DNA of 38,932 nt, taken from positions 1 to 38,932 of IMG/VR virus record IMGVR_UViG_3300033562_002159; one strand, 5' to 3'. The position numbers were made by a program, and so were the translations under genes. The stretch is from a virus (taxonomy: Duplodnaviria > Caudoviricetes). The notes under the pieces are model-generated. The model saw nothing but the letters and a program-made list of their open reading frames with translations. It was not told the origin of the DNA and made no database searches. Shown in pieces: positions 13,359-25,164 of this stretch. Within the stretch, counting starts at the first letter, position 1. Each line of letters opens with the position of its first letter.

Positions 13359-13739
13359 TTAACTATTTAAGAGAAATAAAAGATCTTCACTTCTAGCATC
13401 TTCATTAAAATCTTGTCATTTAATTAATCATTTTTCAATTAATTTTTCAATAATTTCCATTTTAGTAAATTTAGAACTAATAGGTTGTTCAGCATTTTCT
13501 TCAGTTTTAATTCTATTAATAATTTCTTCAGTTTTTTGCTCATTTTCTATTCATTGCTTAAAAGCAGTTCATTTAGTAATAATTTTTAAGTAATTATCTT
13601 GAATTATTTGTTCTTTTTGTTCTTTATTTACTTTAACACAAGATGGAGTAGTAGTAAAACAAAATCAAGCTCTTCTTCTTATTCAAGATGAATGCTTAGT
13701 AGTAACTCTTACAACAATTTTTTCTAATTTCTTTAACAT
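13359..13739 (-). CDS. Mu-like FluMu N-terminal (HI1506-related) protein (126 aa)
   Basis: GIRRRAGFCFTTTP...IIQDNYL motif; directly downstream of the Mu gpT-like capsid gene. Confidence 0.7.
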
Positions 13740-13774
13740 AATCTCAATTTAAAAAATAAAATATAGTATACATT

Positions 13775-13803
13775 ATATTAATAGTATTTATATTAAAATC
13801 AAC
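13775..13803 (-). promoter_or_regulatory. Putative promoter G-TTGATT-N16-TAATAT
   Basis: Intergenic; shares GTTGATTTTAATA with the element at 16992-17020. Confidence 0.55.
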
Positions 13804-13805
13804 AC

Positions 13806-13840
13806 AAAAAAAATACTATAAATTTCTTTATAGTATTTTT
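13806..13840 (-). terminator. Rho-independent terminator after the major capsid gene
   Basis: AAAAATACTATAAA-GAAA-TTTATAGTATTTTT hairpin ending in T8. Confidence 0.8.
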
Positions 13841-13845
13841 AATTT

Positions 13846-14757
13846 TTATCCTTGTCATTTTAAACAATATCTCCAATCACCATAACCAAATGCAAATCTT
13901 GCTTCAGCTGAATAATATAAAGTTTTTCTCATAAAACTATCAATATCTGTATTTTTATCCATTGCTACAAAATTCATTGCTTCTCTATTTTGAAATATGA
14001 ATGGCTTTACTCATCCGGTCATATCCATAATATAATAAGGTGAATTTGCAACAGTTGCAGAATTAGTTAAATAAGGATTAACAACAACTTTCAATAATCA
14101 TTTTAGAGTTGCTTTTGATGGATCAGTTGTAACTGATACAAAAGTTGGATCAAATATTTCTTTTGCAATAAATTCTAAACCGGTTGGAACCATTATGTGA
14201 GTAGGATTTACTCAAATATATTCTCAAGTATCTGATTTATATTGTCTCATTGTTGATATATGTATTTTTGCAACAGTACCTGATAAAGGTGATCAACTTG
14301 AAATATAATTTGATTGAATTCAACTTGTTCATTCTTCGTGGTCAGTATCAAAAAAATTTTGTCAATCATAACATTCAACTGTATGTCAATTTTCAATTAA
14401 TTCAGTTAATGCTCTATCATATCATCTTTTAGACGACATTCACAATGTTGTAACTCTAATTTTTACTTGACCATATTGATCATCTTTTAATGCATTTCTG
14501 TCAACCGCAATAGTTGCTTCATAGTCTTTATTTACGATTGTAAAACCATGTTCTAATAAAGATTTTGGCATTTTTTCATCTTTCCATTCTCTCAATTGAG
14601 GATTATCTCATAACCAAGAATAAATCTCTTCTGACTTCATTGATGGAATTTCAGTAGCTATTTCATTATAAAATGTTGAAATTTGATCATATCATTTCAT
14701 AAAACTTGTTTTTAAACCACTTAATAATAGTTTTGGTATATCTCATCTAGTTAGCAT
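13846..14757 (-). CDS. Major capsid protein, Mu gpT-like (303 aa)
   Basis: YSWLGDNPQLREW; NKDYEATIAVDRNALKDDQYG; YDGQNFFDTDH; VKPFIFQNR; AEARFAFGYGDWR. Confidence 0.95.
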
Positions 14758-14784
14758 TTTTTAATAATTAATAAATAAAATAAA

Positions 14785-15501
14785 TTAAACAGTAGCTTTA
14801 ATTAAAATAACATTAACAGTAGCAGTATCACTTCAAGTAAGTGTAACAGTTACTGTAGTTCAAGAAATATCAACAGTTTTTACATTTTCAGCTCAAGTAA
14901 TTGCTGTTGTATTAAATCAAATTATAGTAGATCAAGTAGTAGCAACTCAAGTACCACTCGTTGCTCAAGAAACATTAACCTCAACAACTTCATAATCTAA
15001 TTTGTCTTTACTTATTGCATTATCTGCAATATCATTAACTCAAATTAAATCTCAATCAACTCAAGCAACAACATCAACAATAATTGATACATAAGCAGTA
15101 GTAGCAGAAACAAATTCTATTATTTTTCAAATCAATACATCAACTCAAGCATCTTTTGTAACTGTAACAACCGAATCATCTGTAGTATTATTAATATATA
15201 CTTTATCTCACACATTAGCTTGTGTTAAAGTATCAGCAAAAGTTAATAAAAAAGAACCATTTCTATATACTCTTACATCTGTATCACCTTCAATAACACT
15301 CGTAATATTTTCAACACATATTCAAGAAAAAATCATTCAAGCTATTAGTGTATTTGTAGTTCAATCATTAGTTAAGGCAAATCAATCAGCATTTACTAAT
15401 ACTGTTGAACCTTTGTAAATTGTTTCAGTAGCAATCATTGGTATTATTTGTATTATACCATCTTTTCTACTTGTTTCAGTAGCAATATTTTTAGCAGTCA
15501 T
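14785..15501 (-). CDS. Capsid cement/decoration protein, DUF2190-like with C-terminal extension (238 aa)
   Basis: TIYKGSTVLVNADG...VRVYRNGSF...TQANVGDKVYI; lies between protease and capsid genes as in Mu-like heads. Confidence 0.75.
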
Positions 15502-15527
15502 TTTTTAATAATTAATAAAATAAGATA

Positions 15528-16964
15528 TTATAATTCTTCAGCTTCTGTAGCAGCTAGAACAGCTTCCTCTTTACTCATTCACATTTTACTCATTAACCAA
15601 TTTACTTTATCTTCTGAGTATTTATGGCCAACATCTTTATTGTGTCAAATTTCTCAAGTTTCAATAGTTTGTAAATTAGTAATTATCTCAAAAAAATCAT
15701 TACTTTGTTTTTCATTAAGAGATAATGTAAAATCTACTATATTGTTTATTGATTTTGGTAAAATTAATCAAGTTTTATTAGTTTCTGAAAAAGATAAACC
15801 ATTTACTTTATTAATAACATCATTTTTTCTTTTTTCTTCAATTAATCACTTAACTAAGTTAGCTTGAGTTTTTAATTCATTTAATTCACTCATACTAATC
15901 GTAATTTCTCACTTGTCGTCAAATTTCTTATCTTCAAGTTTAATTTCTTTAAATTCTTCTTTTTTAACTTCAGGTTTTTCTTCCTCTTCTTTAATTGCTT
16001 CTTTAATTGCAGAAGTTAATTCATCAGTTTTATCTTCTTCAGTTAATTCTGAAAACTTTAAAGCTAGAGTTTTTCTATCTTCAAGAGAAAGTTTTCATTC
16101 AGTAAACTTTGCTAATAAATCTAATATAGTTTTCATATTTGTATCAGTATTAAAAAATAAAATATTTTTATTATAATCTTTATTTGTAAAGGAATTTTCT
16201 TCATTAGCCATTAAAGGTTTCATAGCTTTAAAAAATGGTCTATTAGTAAAAGCTCATCAAACTAAAAGATTTTTAATAATTTTTCAAGTTTCTTCATCCT
16301 TCTTATTAAAAATAAGTTCAGGAGAAAAGTATTTATAAGCTCACTGACTAATTAAATCAGCACCCATCTTTGTTAATTCAATTGTTGCAAATAAAGCATC
16401 ACTTCAAATCTTTTTCAAATCTTTAATCCATCATAATGCTTTGTGATTTGGCTCATGATTTTCATCAATTACTAAATCAATTCATCTCGTATTCTCATTA
16501 TAATTTTTCAAAACTCAATCAATCACAGTTTTATCAACTTTTACCTCTCAATATATTGGATGTTGCCATTTTCCAATTCTCATTATTTGTATTTCTACTT
16601 TATCTCACTCTTTAACCTCTTTAAATTCGTTGATAATTTCATTAAATAACCAAATTGTTTTTTCTTTTTCATTACAACTCACTTCTTGTAAGTTATCTCA
16701 ACTACTACAATCATTTATTATTTGCTCAATTGTGTTATCATCTAAATCTTTAACTAATTTCCAATACTTATTTTTCATAAAATAGTCTTTAATTTTCCGT
16801 AAAATTAAATCAAACTTAGTGGCATCTAATCAATTTTCATATAATTTATCGATTATCTTTTTACTCCATCATTTATCAATCACTTCTTCAAATAACTCAA
16901 TATGAAGCTCTTCAAAATTTATTATAAATTTATTTAGTTGATTTATTTTTATTCATTTTAACAT
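15528..16964 (-). CDS. Mu-like prohead protease (gpI) with C-terminal scaffold (478 aa)
   Basis: IQIMRIGKWQHP; LVIDENH; KALGWIK; GAYKYFSPEL; LVGGAFTNRPFFKAMKPL; charged helical C-terminus. Confidence 0.9.
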
Positions 16965-16991
16965 AAAAAATAATTAATAATAATTAATTTA

Positions 16992-17020
16992 ATAATAAAC
17001 AATTAATTATTAAAATCAAC
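16992..17020 (-). promoter_or_regulatory. Putative promoter G-TTGATT-N16-TATTAT for the protease-capsid operon
   Basis: Intergenic; same geometry as the other promoter copies. Confidence 0.55.
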
Positions 17021-17021
17021 T

Positions 17022-18845
17022 TTATTTATAAGATTTCAATATATCTATAAATTCTTTTTTTATATTTTGATAATAAAACATAGCATCTTCTTCTGTTTTT
17101 ATATTTACAAGAGGATCATATTTACTACTTTTTAAATTATTAAAAACTTCTTTAGTTAATTTTTCTACATCAAATTTTTCTACTTCTTTTGTTAATTCTT
17201 CAATCACTTTATTATAATCTTTTAAAGGAATATCTATTTGTCATTCAAGTTGCATTAAATTAGTTTCTATAACCTTTTTTAAATCAAGTCTAGAAGCTGT
17301 TGAATTTTTAAAAGCTTCATCATTATCAAATACAATCATTTTTCAATTTTTAAATAAAAATCAATAATCGTGTCTATCTTCTTGTCAAGTCAAAACATCA
17401 ATAATAAACATTTTTCTTCTTTCTTTTTCAAAATTTATTAATTGAGTTTTTGTTGCACTATCTTTAAAATCATATAAATTTTTAGTTCATTTAATTAAAG
17501 GTGTTAAATATCCTTCCTCATTCTCATCTCTATAAATATCTAATACATTAAATCATTCTTTTTTAAAAATATTATTTGCGGTATTTGATCAAAGAAATGT
17601 ATCTTTAGTTACTTTTTTATAAACCATAATTCATTTATCTGTTTCAATTACCCTTACTCATCAACTAGTAGTTCAAGCTTCGGACTTATCAAGCTTTAAA
17701 TAATCTCATATTTCTCACAAATCTTTTTTTATTTTTAATTTCTTTTTTAGTGTTTCTTCTTTAATTTCTTCCTCAATCACCTTTTTAGTTAAATCTTCAA
17801 TTTGTTGATTATCTTTTTCTTTTTTTGGAATAATATTTTTATCAATTATTCATTTATAAATAAAATCTTGATTTTTAATAAATTTATCAAATCAATTTTT
17901 AGGATTAAAAGCTGTTATATGATAGATTTTTCAATCTACATTTTCTCAAGCTATTTTTCCATCTATTTCTTTTTTATAAAATTCTAATTCTCATTTAGGA
18001 ATTATATAATAATCTACTATTCAAGTTTTTTTATCTAAAATCTGCACTACTGATGTTTCATATAATTCTTTATTAAATTCGGGCGGATTATCTTCTTGCC
18101 TTTTTCCACTCTCTATAACTTTACTAATCATCTTCTCAATACCTACATCTAAAGCATTATCTTTATATTTCTTCATTATTTTATCTCATTCAGGTATTTT
18201 TATTTCTAGTTCTGGAGGATGTTCTTCATCAACTAATATCTCAACCCATATACTTCTACAATTCCAATGATTGGGTGGATTATATTTTTGTCTTCTTGGA
18301 TCGTTTGGCTTTATTGTTAATCAATCAAGACTACTACATAATTCAGTTGTTGCTGAGTCAAGTATTGCACTATATTGAAAAGCATATACCATTTCAGGAT
18401 TTTGTTCAAATACAACATCTCTTCACATATTAATAGCTCAATGAATAAAAAGAGTTTTTAATCAATTTAAAAATTGTGAAACTAATCACTCTTCACTAAA
18501 TCATTTTGAAGTTAATTTATTTTTTATATCATTTATTATTTTTGTAATAATCTTTCTATTATTACTTTTCATAATATTAATGATTTTTGAATTAGTTTTT
18601 AGTGTTTTTAATTTCATTTCACTTGAAGCACTTTTTTTTCAAACTTCAAAAGCTTCTTTTTGTAAAAATGTTACTATATTTGTAATTTGTTCAATTGTAT
18701 CTTTTGTTGCTTTTTTTTGAACTAAAATAGGAAGAAACTTTATTAATTTCTTATCTAGTAATTGTGATAATCATAATCACATTCTATTTAAATTAATAAA
18801 GTTTACTTTTTTTTCTGCAAATGTTAGTTCTCTATTGTGTTTCAT
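17022..18845 (-). CDS. MuF minor head protein fused to a C-terminal HipA/PI3K-like kinase domain (607 aa)
   Basis: MuF: FQYSAILDSATTELCSSLDG...PPNHWNCRS; C-terminal: EAGTTSGGVRVIETDKGIMVYKK ... MFIIDVLTGQEDRHDYGFLFKNGKMIVFDNDEAF. Confidence 0.85.
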
Positions 18846-20286
18846 TTTTGTGTAAATCAATAATAAATTTCTCATCTATTAAAATTGATAATTCTTCAAA
18901 ATATTTACTATTAAAAATTTCATCCTCATTAAAATTCTCATCTTCTTTTTTTAAATCTTTTTTATTTTCAATTTGTTTATTATCTTCTTTTTTTAAATCT
19001 TTTTTAATCTCTTCTTTTTGTTTAGTTGGTAAACTTAAAAGTTCTCTAATATATATTTCAAGAGCCTCATCTACTCAAAGAATTCAATTAGAAGTAAGTT
19101 TTGTTATATTTTCAATTAAGGAATTATAATCAGTTCTTCATAAGTTTTCATATTTTAATTCTGGATAATATCATTTCGTATCATCAAAATTAATATCAAC
19201 AAGTTCTGGAATTATATTTTTATTAAAAGTGTCTCTAATTTGATTTGCAATAGCTCACAACGAAAGTAAAAATAAATCACTTTGATCTTCTCATAATGCT
19301 CTTGAACCACTTTGAGTGTCTCATAATTCAAGAAACTGAGCTAGTACATTTTTTGCTATTTCTCTATTATGATGTTTAATTGATTCAAATAAATCTGTTG
19401 ATTTATCTGCTTTAGTATCAGCAAATTCAAAAAGCCATCAATCTTCTTTTGGTCAAGGCATTACAATTCAAGTTTGTTCTGTTGATCTTACATTTCTTAC
19501 TATTCTTTGAGCTTCTAACTTATCGTCAGGAGTTGCATTTCTTGGTAAATAAATCAATGGAATTCAAACACTTTGTCTTTCGTGTCTAACTGCATCAAAT
19601 TTATAAAGTTTGTCTTTAATATACCAATGTTTATATGCACTTCTTAAAATAGAAGCTCATTCATAATTTAATCACTCTTGTCTAAAAGTAAATATAACTA
19701 ATTTTTCTTGAGGTATTGATATATTTGATGATTTAGATTTTCAATCTATTATTGAATCGTCTGCTCATACTGACATTTGAGTTACTCAAGGTTTTCAATC
19801 TTCTGTTTCCCATTTTTGAATTGTTGTTTGTTTTCTAGATGATAATTTTTTTAAATAAATCATTCAATCTTTAATTCAATACACTTTCTCGAAAACTGAA
19901 TATCAAAATGGTAACATTGTTAATATTTCTCTAAGTAAGTCATCCCAAGTATTTTCTAATAATTGAAATAAATTTTTATATACAAAATCTGTTATTTCTT
20001 TTGATTTTGTATCTATTTTTCAATCCTCACTTTCTGCGGACTCAATATACCATTTTGTTTGTCTTATTGGAAGCTCACAAACAAGTAAAGTGGCAAATAT
20101 TTGAGCATCTGATTTTCTCATTTTATCATAAACAATAACTCATTGAGGTCATTGTAAATCACTTCTATAATCTTCTTCAATAAATCCTCACACTATTTGT
20201 GTTCAAGATACTCATAATTCATTTAATAAATCTTTTTTAGAAGTGGATTTAATTACTTCTGCGAATTTCTTGTTTTTTGATTTCAT
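18832..20286 (-). CDS. Portal protein, Mu gp29/DUF935-like (484 aa)
   Basis: VYDKMRKSDAQI; MLPFGYSVFEKVY; NYEGASILRSAYKHW; IKHHNREIAKNVLAQFL; GSRALGE. Confidence 0.92.
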
Positions 20287-20306
20287 ATATACTAGAATAT
20301 TTAATT

Positions 20307-21707
20307 TTAAAAATCTTGTTTAAGTATATTGTTTTTTGATATTTCCTCAACTCTTTTTTTTCAAATTCTTTTTCTTTGTTCTAAGCCTCACTTAACAAAA
20401 GTTTTATTTATATCTGCTAATAATTTAAATGAAAGTTTATCGACTCATAGATACATTAATCAATATCTCAATGCATCTGCAGCATGATCTTCTCAATCAC
20501 TATTTAAATCCTCAACTTTTACTTTATCATAAATTAATTCTGGTAATGTTTGAATTAAATTAAAACAAGTTTCGCAAACTTCTAAAATAGCGGTAATTGA
20601 GTCGCTATTTGGATCAAAATAATGTCTCAATGCTTCTCTTACAACATTCCATCAAATAATTCTCTTATTATTAGCTCAAATAATCTTCCATCTAAGTATC
20701 ATTCAAGCTTCATCTAGAAAACTTGTTCAAGTCGAATCACTTTTTTTATTTAAAACAGCAGGATCAATAACTACACACTCGATTTCTTCAGCAATTCAAG
20801 TTAAGGCTTTAATTTTAATTGCTAGTTGTTTGTAGGTGTGTTCCGTTACATATAATTCTCTATAACAAGTTATTTTTCAAGTAGTGGATTTGTTTAACCA
20901 ATAAATAGCAGAAGGTTTAGAGTAACCATAATCTCAACAAATGATTTTTCTTCATTCTGGAAGATGATTTTTACAAACATGTATCTCTCTTCTCCACTCA
21001 GTAAAATATTGTCACTCAAAAACATCCCAATCTCATTCTAAAAATGCCTTTCTTTGTATTTCTGGCAATCATTCGAGTGCTTGCACATAAAGTGGATCGT
21101 TTTCAATTAGTGTTGGATTATCATAAACAAAAGATTGTGTAAAGGAATATTCTTCAGCATATTCATTTTCCTCAAACTCTCTATTAATCCATAATCTCTT
21201 AACCCAATTGTGTCAAATCCCTCAAGGATTAGTTGTAGCAAAGAAGTTTGGAATAATTCATTTTTTAGTTGATCTAAGAGAGCCCATTAAACTTTTCCAC
21301 TCTTTGAATGTCCAATGAGTTAATTCCTCTATAGCTATAAAATCATATTCCACTCATTGATATTTCAAAACATCTTGAAGATTTCTGCAGAAAGAAAATT
21401 TAACAGTTGATCAATTGTCAAAAGTCATAATTCATTTTGATTGATTATAATTATATATATGTTGTGGTAATTCAGTACATATTGGAATAATAGTATTTTC
21501 ATAAACTTCCGGGAATGTTCTTCTTAAAACCAATCATCTAACTTTAAAGTCTCAATTACATTGAGCACTTACTTCACTTCTTAACCAATAAGATTTTCAA
21601 CCACCTCTAGCACCTCAAAATAGTCTATATTTTGCTATCATTAAACTACATTCTTCTTGTTTTGGATGTAGTGGATATATTATAATTTCTTCCAACTCTT
21701 CACTCAT
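20307..21707 (-). CDS. terL: Terminase large subunit (466 aa)
   Basis: Walker A YRLFGGARGGGKS (two Gly are TGA); Walker B DFIAIEELT; TTNPGGIGHNWVK; AFLEGDWDVFEGQYF; GDYGYSKP; DHAADALRY. Confidence 0.96.
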
Positions 21708-21716
21708 CTTAATTTT

Positions 21717-22277
21717 TTATTTTTTTAAATTATCTTTTGAATTAAAAGGACTTGCTGGTCTAGCGAAAACTACTTGCATTTTTCATTTTAAATTTAAATC
21801 TTCTTCTCTTTTTTCAATATATCAATGCTTTGACAATAGTAACTTAGTTATTGTTGGATTATAGATTCAACTCAATCATCACACAATTAATTTTTGAGCT
21901 TGTTGAGTTCTTAAATCATTTAACATATTAGCAAACTCTTCTTTTCACTTCTCTTTCTCCCATCTTTCAAAAGTTTGAACAGCAAATCAGGTGAAAATAG
22001 CAAATCACTCCATAGTTGGTATTTTAACTCTTAATTTATTTTCCCAAGATTTTGAACTTCATGTATTTGAAATTGAATTACTTTTTACTAATTTAAACCA
22101 CGAATCTTTGCTTTTTTTCAAATATTTTACATATTCTTTTCTTAAAAATATTATATCATATTCTGATGGCCTTCATCATTTAGATGTAGTTTTTCATTTA
22201 TTTATTTCTTTAAGTGTTTTTTCTTTTTTCTCTTTATCTATTCATATATATTTTTTTTTAACCACAATATACTTCAT
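21717..22277 (-). CDS. terS: Terminase small subunit, P22 gp3-like (186 aa)
   Basis: GGRPSEY...PTMEGFAIFTG...LIVGGLSGIYNPTITKLLLSKHGY; directly upstream of terL. Confidence 0.85.
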
Positions 22278-22305
22278 TAAGTAATAAAATAATATTTTTA
22301 ATAAA

Positions 22306-22563
22306 TTATTTAAAATTATTATTTTTAAATTCTTGAATAAATTTTTGATCTCTTATAGCTTTAATATTATAATTAATATCAAACCATTCATCAGTATTAA
22401 ATATGTAAACTACTCATTCAAAAATAGAAATAATAGTTGGAACATAAGTAAAACAAAAACAAAAATATAAAACTCATTGTATGTATTTTCATAAATAGAA
22501 TTTATGTACACCAATTGAACCAAATAATATTGCTAAAAATCAAGCAAAATATTTATTTCTCAT
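22306..22563 (-). CDS. TM2-domain (NINE) membrane protein (85 aa)
   Basis: MRNKYFAGFLAILFGSIGVHKFYLGKYIQGVLYFCFCFTYVPTIISIFEGVVY, a canonical TM2 motif. Confidence 0.9.
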
Positions 22564-22731
22564 AATAAATTAAATTAATAAATTAAATTCATTTTAAAAT
22601 ATAATATTAATAAATTATTTATATAAAGGATAAAATAATCTATTTTTCTTATTTTTCTTTTTTTTAATGTTTTACATAATTTTTGAAAAGTTGTTTTAAA
22701 GTGTTTTGAAATGTTTAAATTTCTCATAAAT

Positions 22732-22989
22732 TTATATTATTTTTAAAGTTATTAAATAATTGTATATTTTCTCATAAACTTCTTCAGTTTGATTATCAAA
22801 AAATTTTGAAATATCTTCTATAATAGAAAATATTTCTTTTAAAATTTTAAAATTAGATAATTTTATTTCATTAATAAAATTAGCATTACTAAAGTTATAA
22901 TGTATATTTTTTTCTTCACAATACATTCTAATATGTCTTTCTTCTAATGGGTTTCAAATTATTTCTTTTATTCAATATTCATCTGTCAT
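22732..22989 (-). CDS. Hypothetical protein (85 aa; the frame stays open further upstream without an ATG)
   Basis: MTDEYGIKEIIGNPLEERHIRMYCEEK...; extends ORF-track 22732..22926. Confidence 0.5.
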
Positions 22990-23147
22990 TAATTCTGATA
23001 ATCACCGACCTATATTTATGAAATTTTTTCATAATATATTTTTATAATCATAAAATTAAAAATTATAATCTTTTAGTTTTAGTTTTTAAATCAATATATT
23101 GTTTTTAAATACTAATATTCACTTTATATATATCATATTGTTTTAAA

Positions 23148-23312
23148 TTAAAAAAATATATAAAATATAATTATTAATATAATAAATCAAATAATATACC
23201 TACTTTCATAAATCATATCCTCTAAGCCTCTTTTTAAAGTTCTAGAATTTTTATTACTTATGTTATAAGTATGTTTTCTACAATTACAATCTCTTATAAT
23301 TAATGTTTGCAT
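23148..23312 (-). CDS. Small hypothetical membrane protein (~54 aa)
   Basis: MQTLIIRDCNCRKH... with a hydrophobic C-terminus. Confidence 0.4.
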
Positions 23313-23322
23313 AAATTTATAG

Positions 23323-23484
23323 TTAAGTGATATTTATTTTTATACTATCTTTGATTGTTTTTCTAGTTTCTTTAACTCAAATTTGAAATCAAATAATAGT
23401 AAATAAAAATAACATAAATATTCAAACAAATATAATTATAATTAAGTCTTTCACTTCGTAAATTGAAATTATTGCAGTTTCCAT
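23323..23484 (-). CDS. Small single-TM hypothetical protein (53 aa)
   Basis: METAIISIYEVKDLIIIIFVGIFMLFLFTIIGFQIG...; first ORF after a promoter repeat. Confidence 0.5.
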
Positions 23485-23550
23485 AATATAAATATTAAAA
23501 AATAATAAGTATATTTGTTTTTGTTTTTGATTAAGTATTTCTCTTAATTG

Positions 23551-23595
23551 AACACATCTTACTCATTTTTCTTTTTTAGACAACTTTTTTATCTA
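23551..23595 (-). promoter_or_regulatory. Repeated promoter copy (TAGATAAAAAAG-TTGTCT-N16-TAAGAT)
   Basis: Near-identical to the copies at 27592, 32022, 36066 and 36381. Confidence 0.8.
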
Positions 23596-23611
23596 TTCTC
23601 ACTTATTAATT

Positions 23612-23633
23612 AAAAAAAAGACCTTGGTCTTTT
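23612..23633 (-). terminator. Rho-independent terminator after ssb
   Basis: AAAAGACC-AA-GGTCTTTTTTTT. Confidence 0.7.
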
Positions 23634-23636
23634 AAT

Positions 23637-24068
23637 TTAAAACGGAATATCTTCAATTGAAATAGCATCTCTATTATTTTTTTTATATCAATTTTGATTT
23701 TCAGTTACATTAAGTGAATCAGTTATTCAATCTTGCTCTCTTTTTTTCTCTAATAAAATGATATTTGAAGCATTGATTTGATGTTTGTATCGCTTAGTTC
23801 AATCTTGAGCTTCCCAAGAAATAGTTTGCAACTCTCATTTAATAAAAACTTTTTGACCTTTTGATCAATATGTAGTAATAATTTCGGCTAATTTTCACCA
23901 TATTACAATGTTGTGAAACTGAACTTGTTCTTGTTTTATTCACTCACTATCGGTGTAATTTTTATTTGTAGCTACTGAAAAATTTGTAACACAACTTCCA
24001 TTTGGTGTTTGTTTCAATTCTATCTCAGAAGTAATTCTACCTATTAAATTCACTTCATTTAAATCCAT
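23637..24068 (-). CDS. ssb: Single-stranded DNA-binding protein (143 aa)
   Basis: MDLNEVNLIGRIT...FSVATN...FHNIVIWGKLAE...KGQKVFIKGELQT...DGTKRY; C-terminal EDIPF. Confidence 0.97.
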
Positions 24069-24084
24069 TTTTCTTTTTTAAAAA

Positions 24085-24669
24085 TTAAATAATTTTTCTT
24101 TTTTTTAATTCAAAATAACAATTTCTAGTGGTAGTAATATCTACCATTGCATCATGTGCTCAATCAAATCATTTTCCAAATAATATTTTATGTAATTCAA
24201 TTAACTTAGGCCACTTATATGTTCAAAATTTTCCTGGTATTTTACAAAAGTCAACAGTATTAAGCATTGTACAAAAAGATTTAGCATTTACTATATCCAT
24301 TACCTCTTTAAGTCTAAATTCATTATCTCAAAGTATTCTTTTAAATTCAAATTCAAGAGCTTTATTATCAAAATTAATATTATGTCAAACTATTAAATCG
24401 ACATCTTTAATTATAGAAACGAGTTCAGGTGCAAAAGATCTAAATCTAGGTTCATTTTTTATATCATTAAAATAAAATCCATGTATTTTAGAAGCTTCTA
24501 CACTTATCTCAATCTCTGGATTAATTAAAAGATTAATTTTTCTTTCATTACTTTCATGAAATCAATTTTCTTGATATTCTCAAATTATACCTCAAAATTG
24601 AAGTATAGCTGGTGGATTGAATCAAGTAGTTTCTGTATCATAAAATAATATTTTTGTTACTTTATTCAT
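24085..24669 (-). CDS. DEDDh 3'-5' exonuclease, DnaQ-like (194 aa)
   Basis: FYDTETTG; IVGHNINFD; WPKLIELH...GAHDAMVD. Confidence 0.92.
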
Positions 24670-25154
24670 TATGCAATATTATTATTTTGATAAATTCAAT
24701 TATATAAGTCTCACTTTTCTGATTTAAAGAAAATCATTTGAGCTATTCTTACTCATTTTTCAATTAGTAGATCTGATTGAGTTACATGCAATATTCATCA
24801 CATTGGTCAACTAAATCAAGCATCATACCATCAACTTGTAATAAAATTTCATCATCTATTAAGTGTACTTCTAGATACAACAAACGAAGAAATTCAATTA
24901 GGTAAACTTATTTTTTCTCAAAATAAAATATCATATCTTCATGGCTTTAATTGTATTAAATCTCAAGAAAATATTAACTCATCTCTTGTACAATGCTCTC
25001 TACTTGTTTTTGTTAATATATTTAATCATCAAGTGTTTATTTTCCAAATTCTATTAATTGTTAAATCGATTCAATTTTGTTGTAATTGTTCTTGAACATC
25101 CTCTACCTCAAGTATTTTATTTTCTATGATATATTTAGGATTTACTACTGTCAT
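24669..25154 (-). CDS. Trimeric dUTPase / dCTP-deaminase family protein (161 aa)
   Basis: QQNGIDLTI; SRSTLNRGG; SGGYDAGFSG; GVRIAQMIF; YNGIYQ. Confidence 0.88.
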
Positions 25155-25164
25155 ATTTATATAA

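Noticed and set aside
13846-20286. Transposable Mu-like prophage
   Set aside because: Only the head module is Mu-like; no transposase, MuB or host flanks
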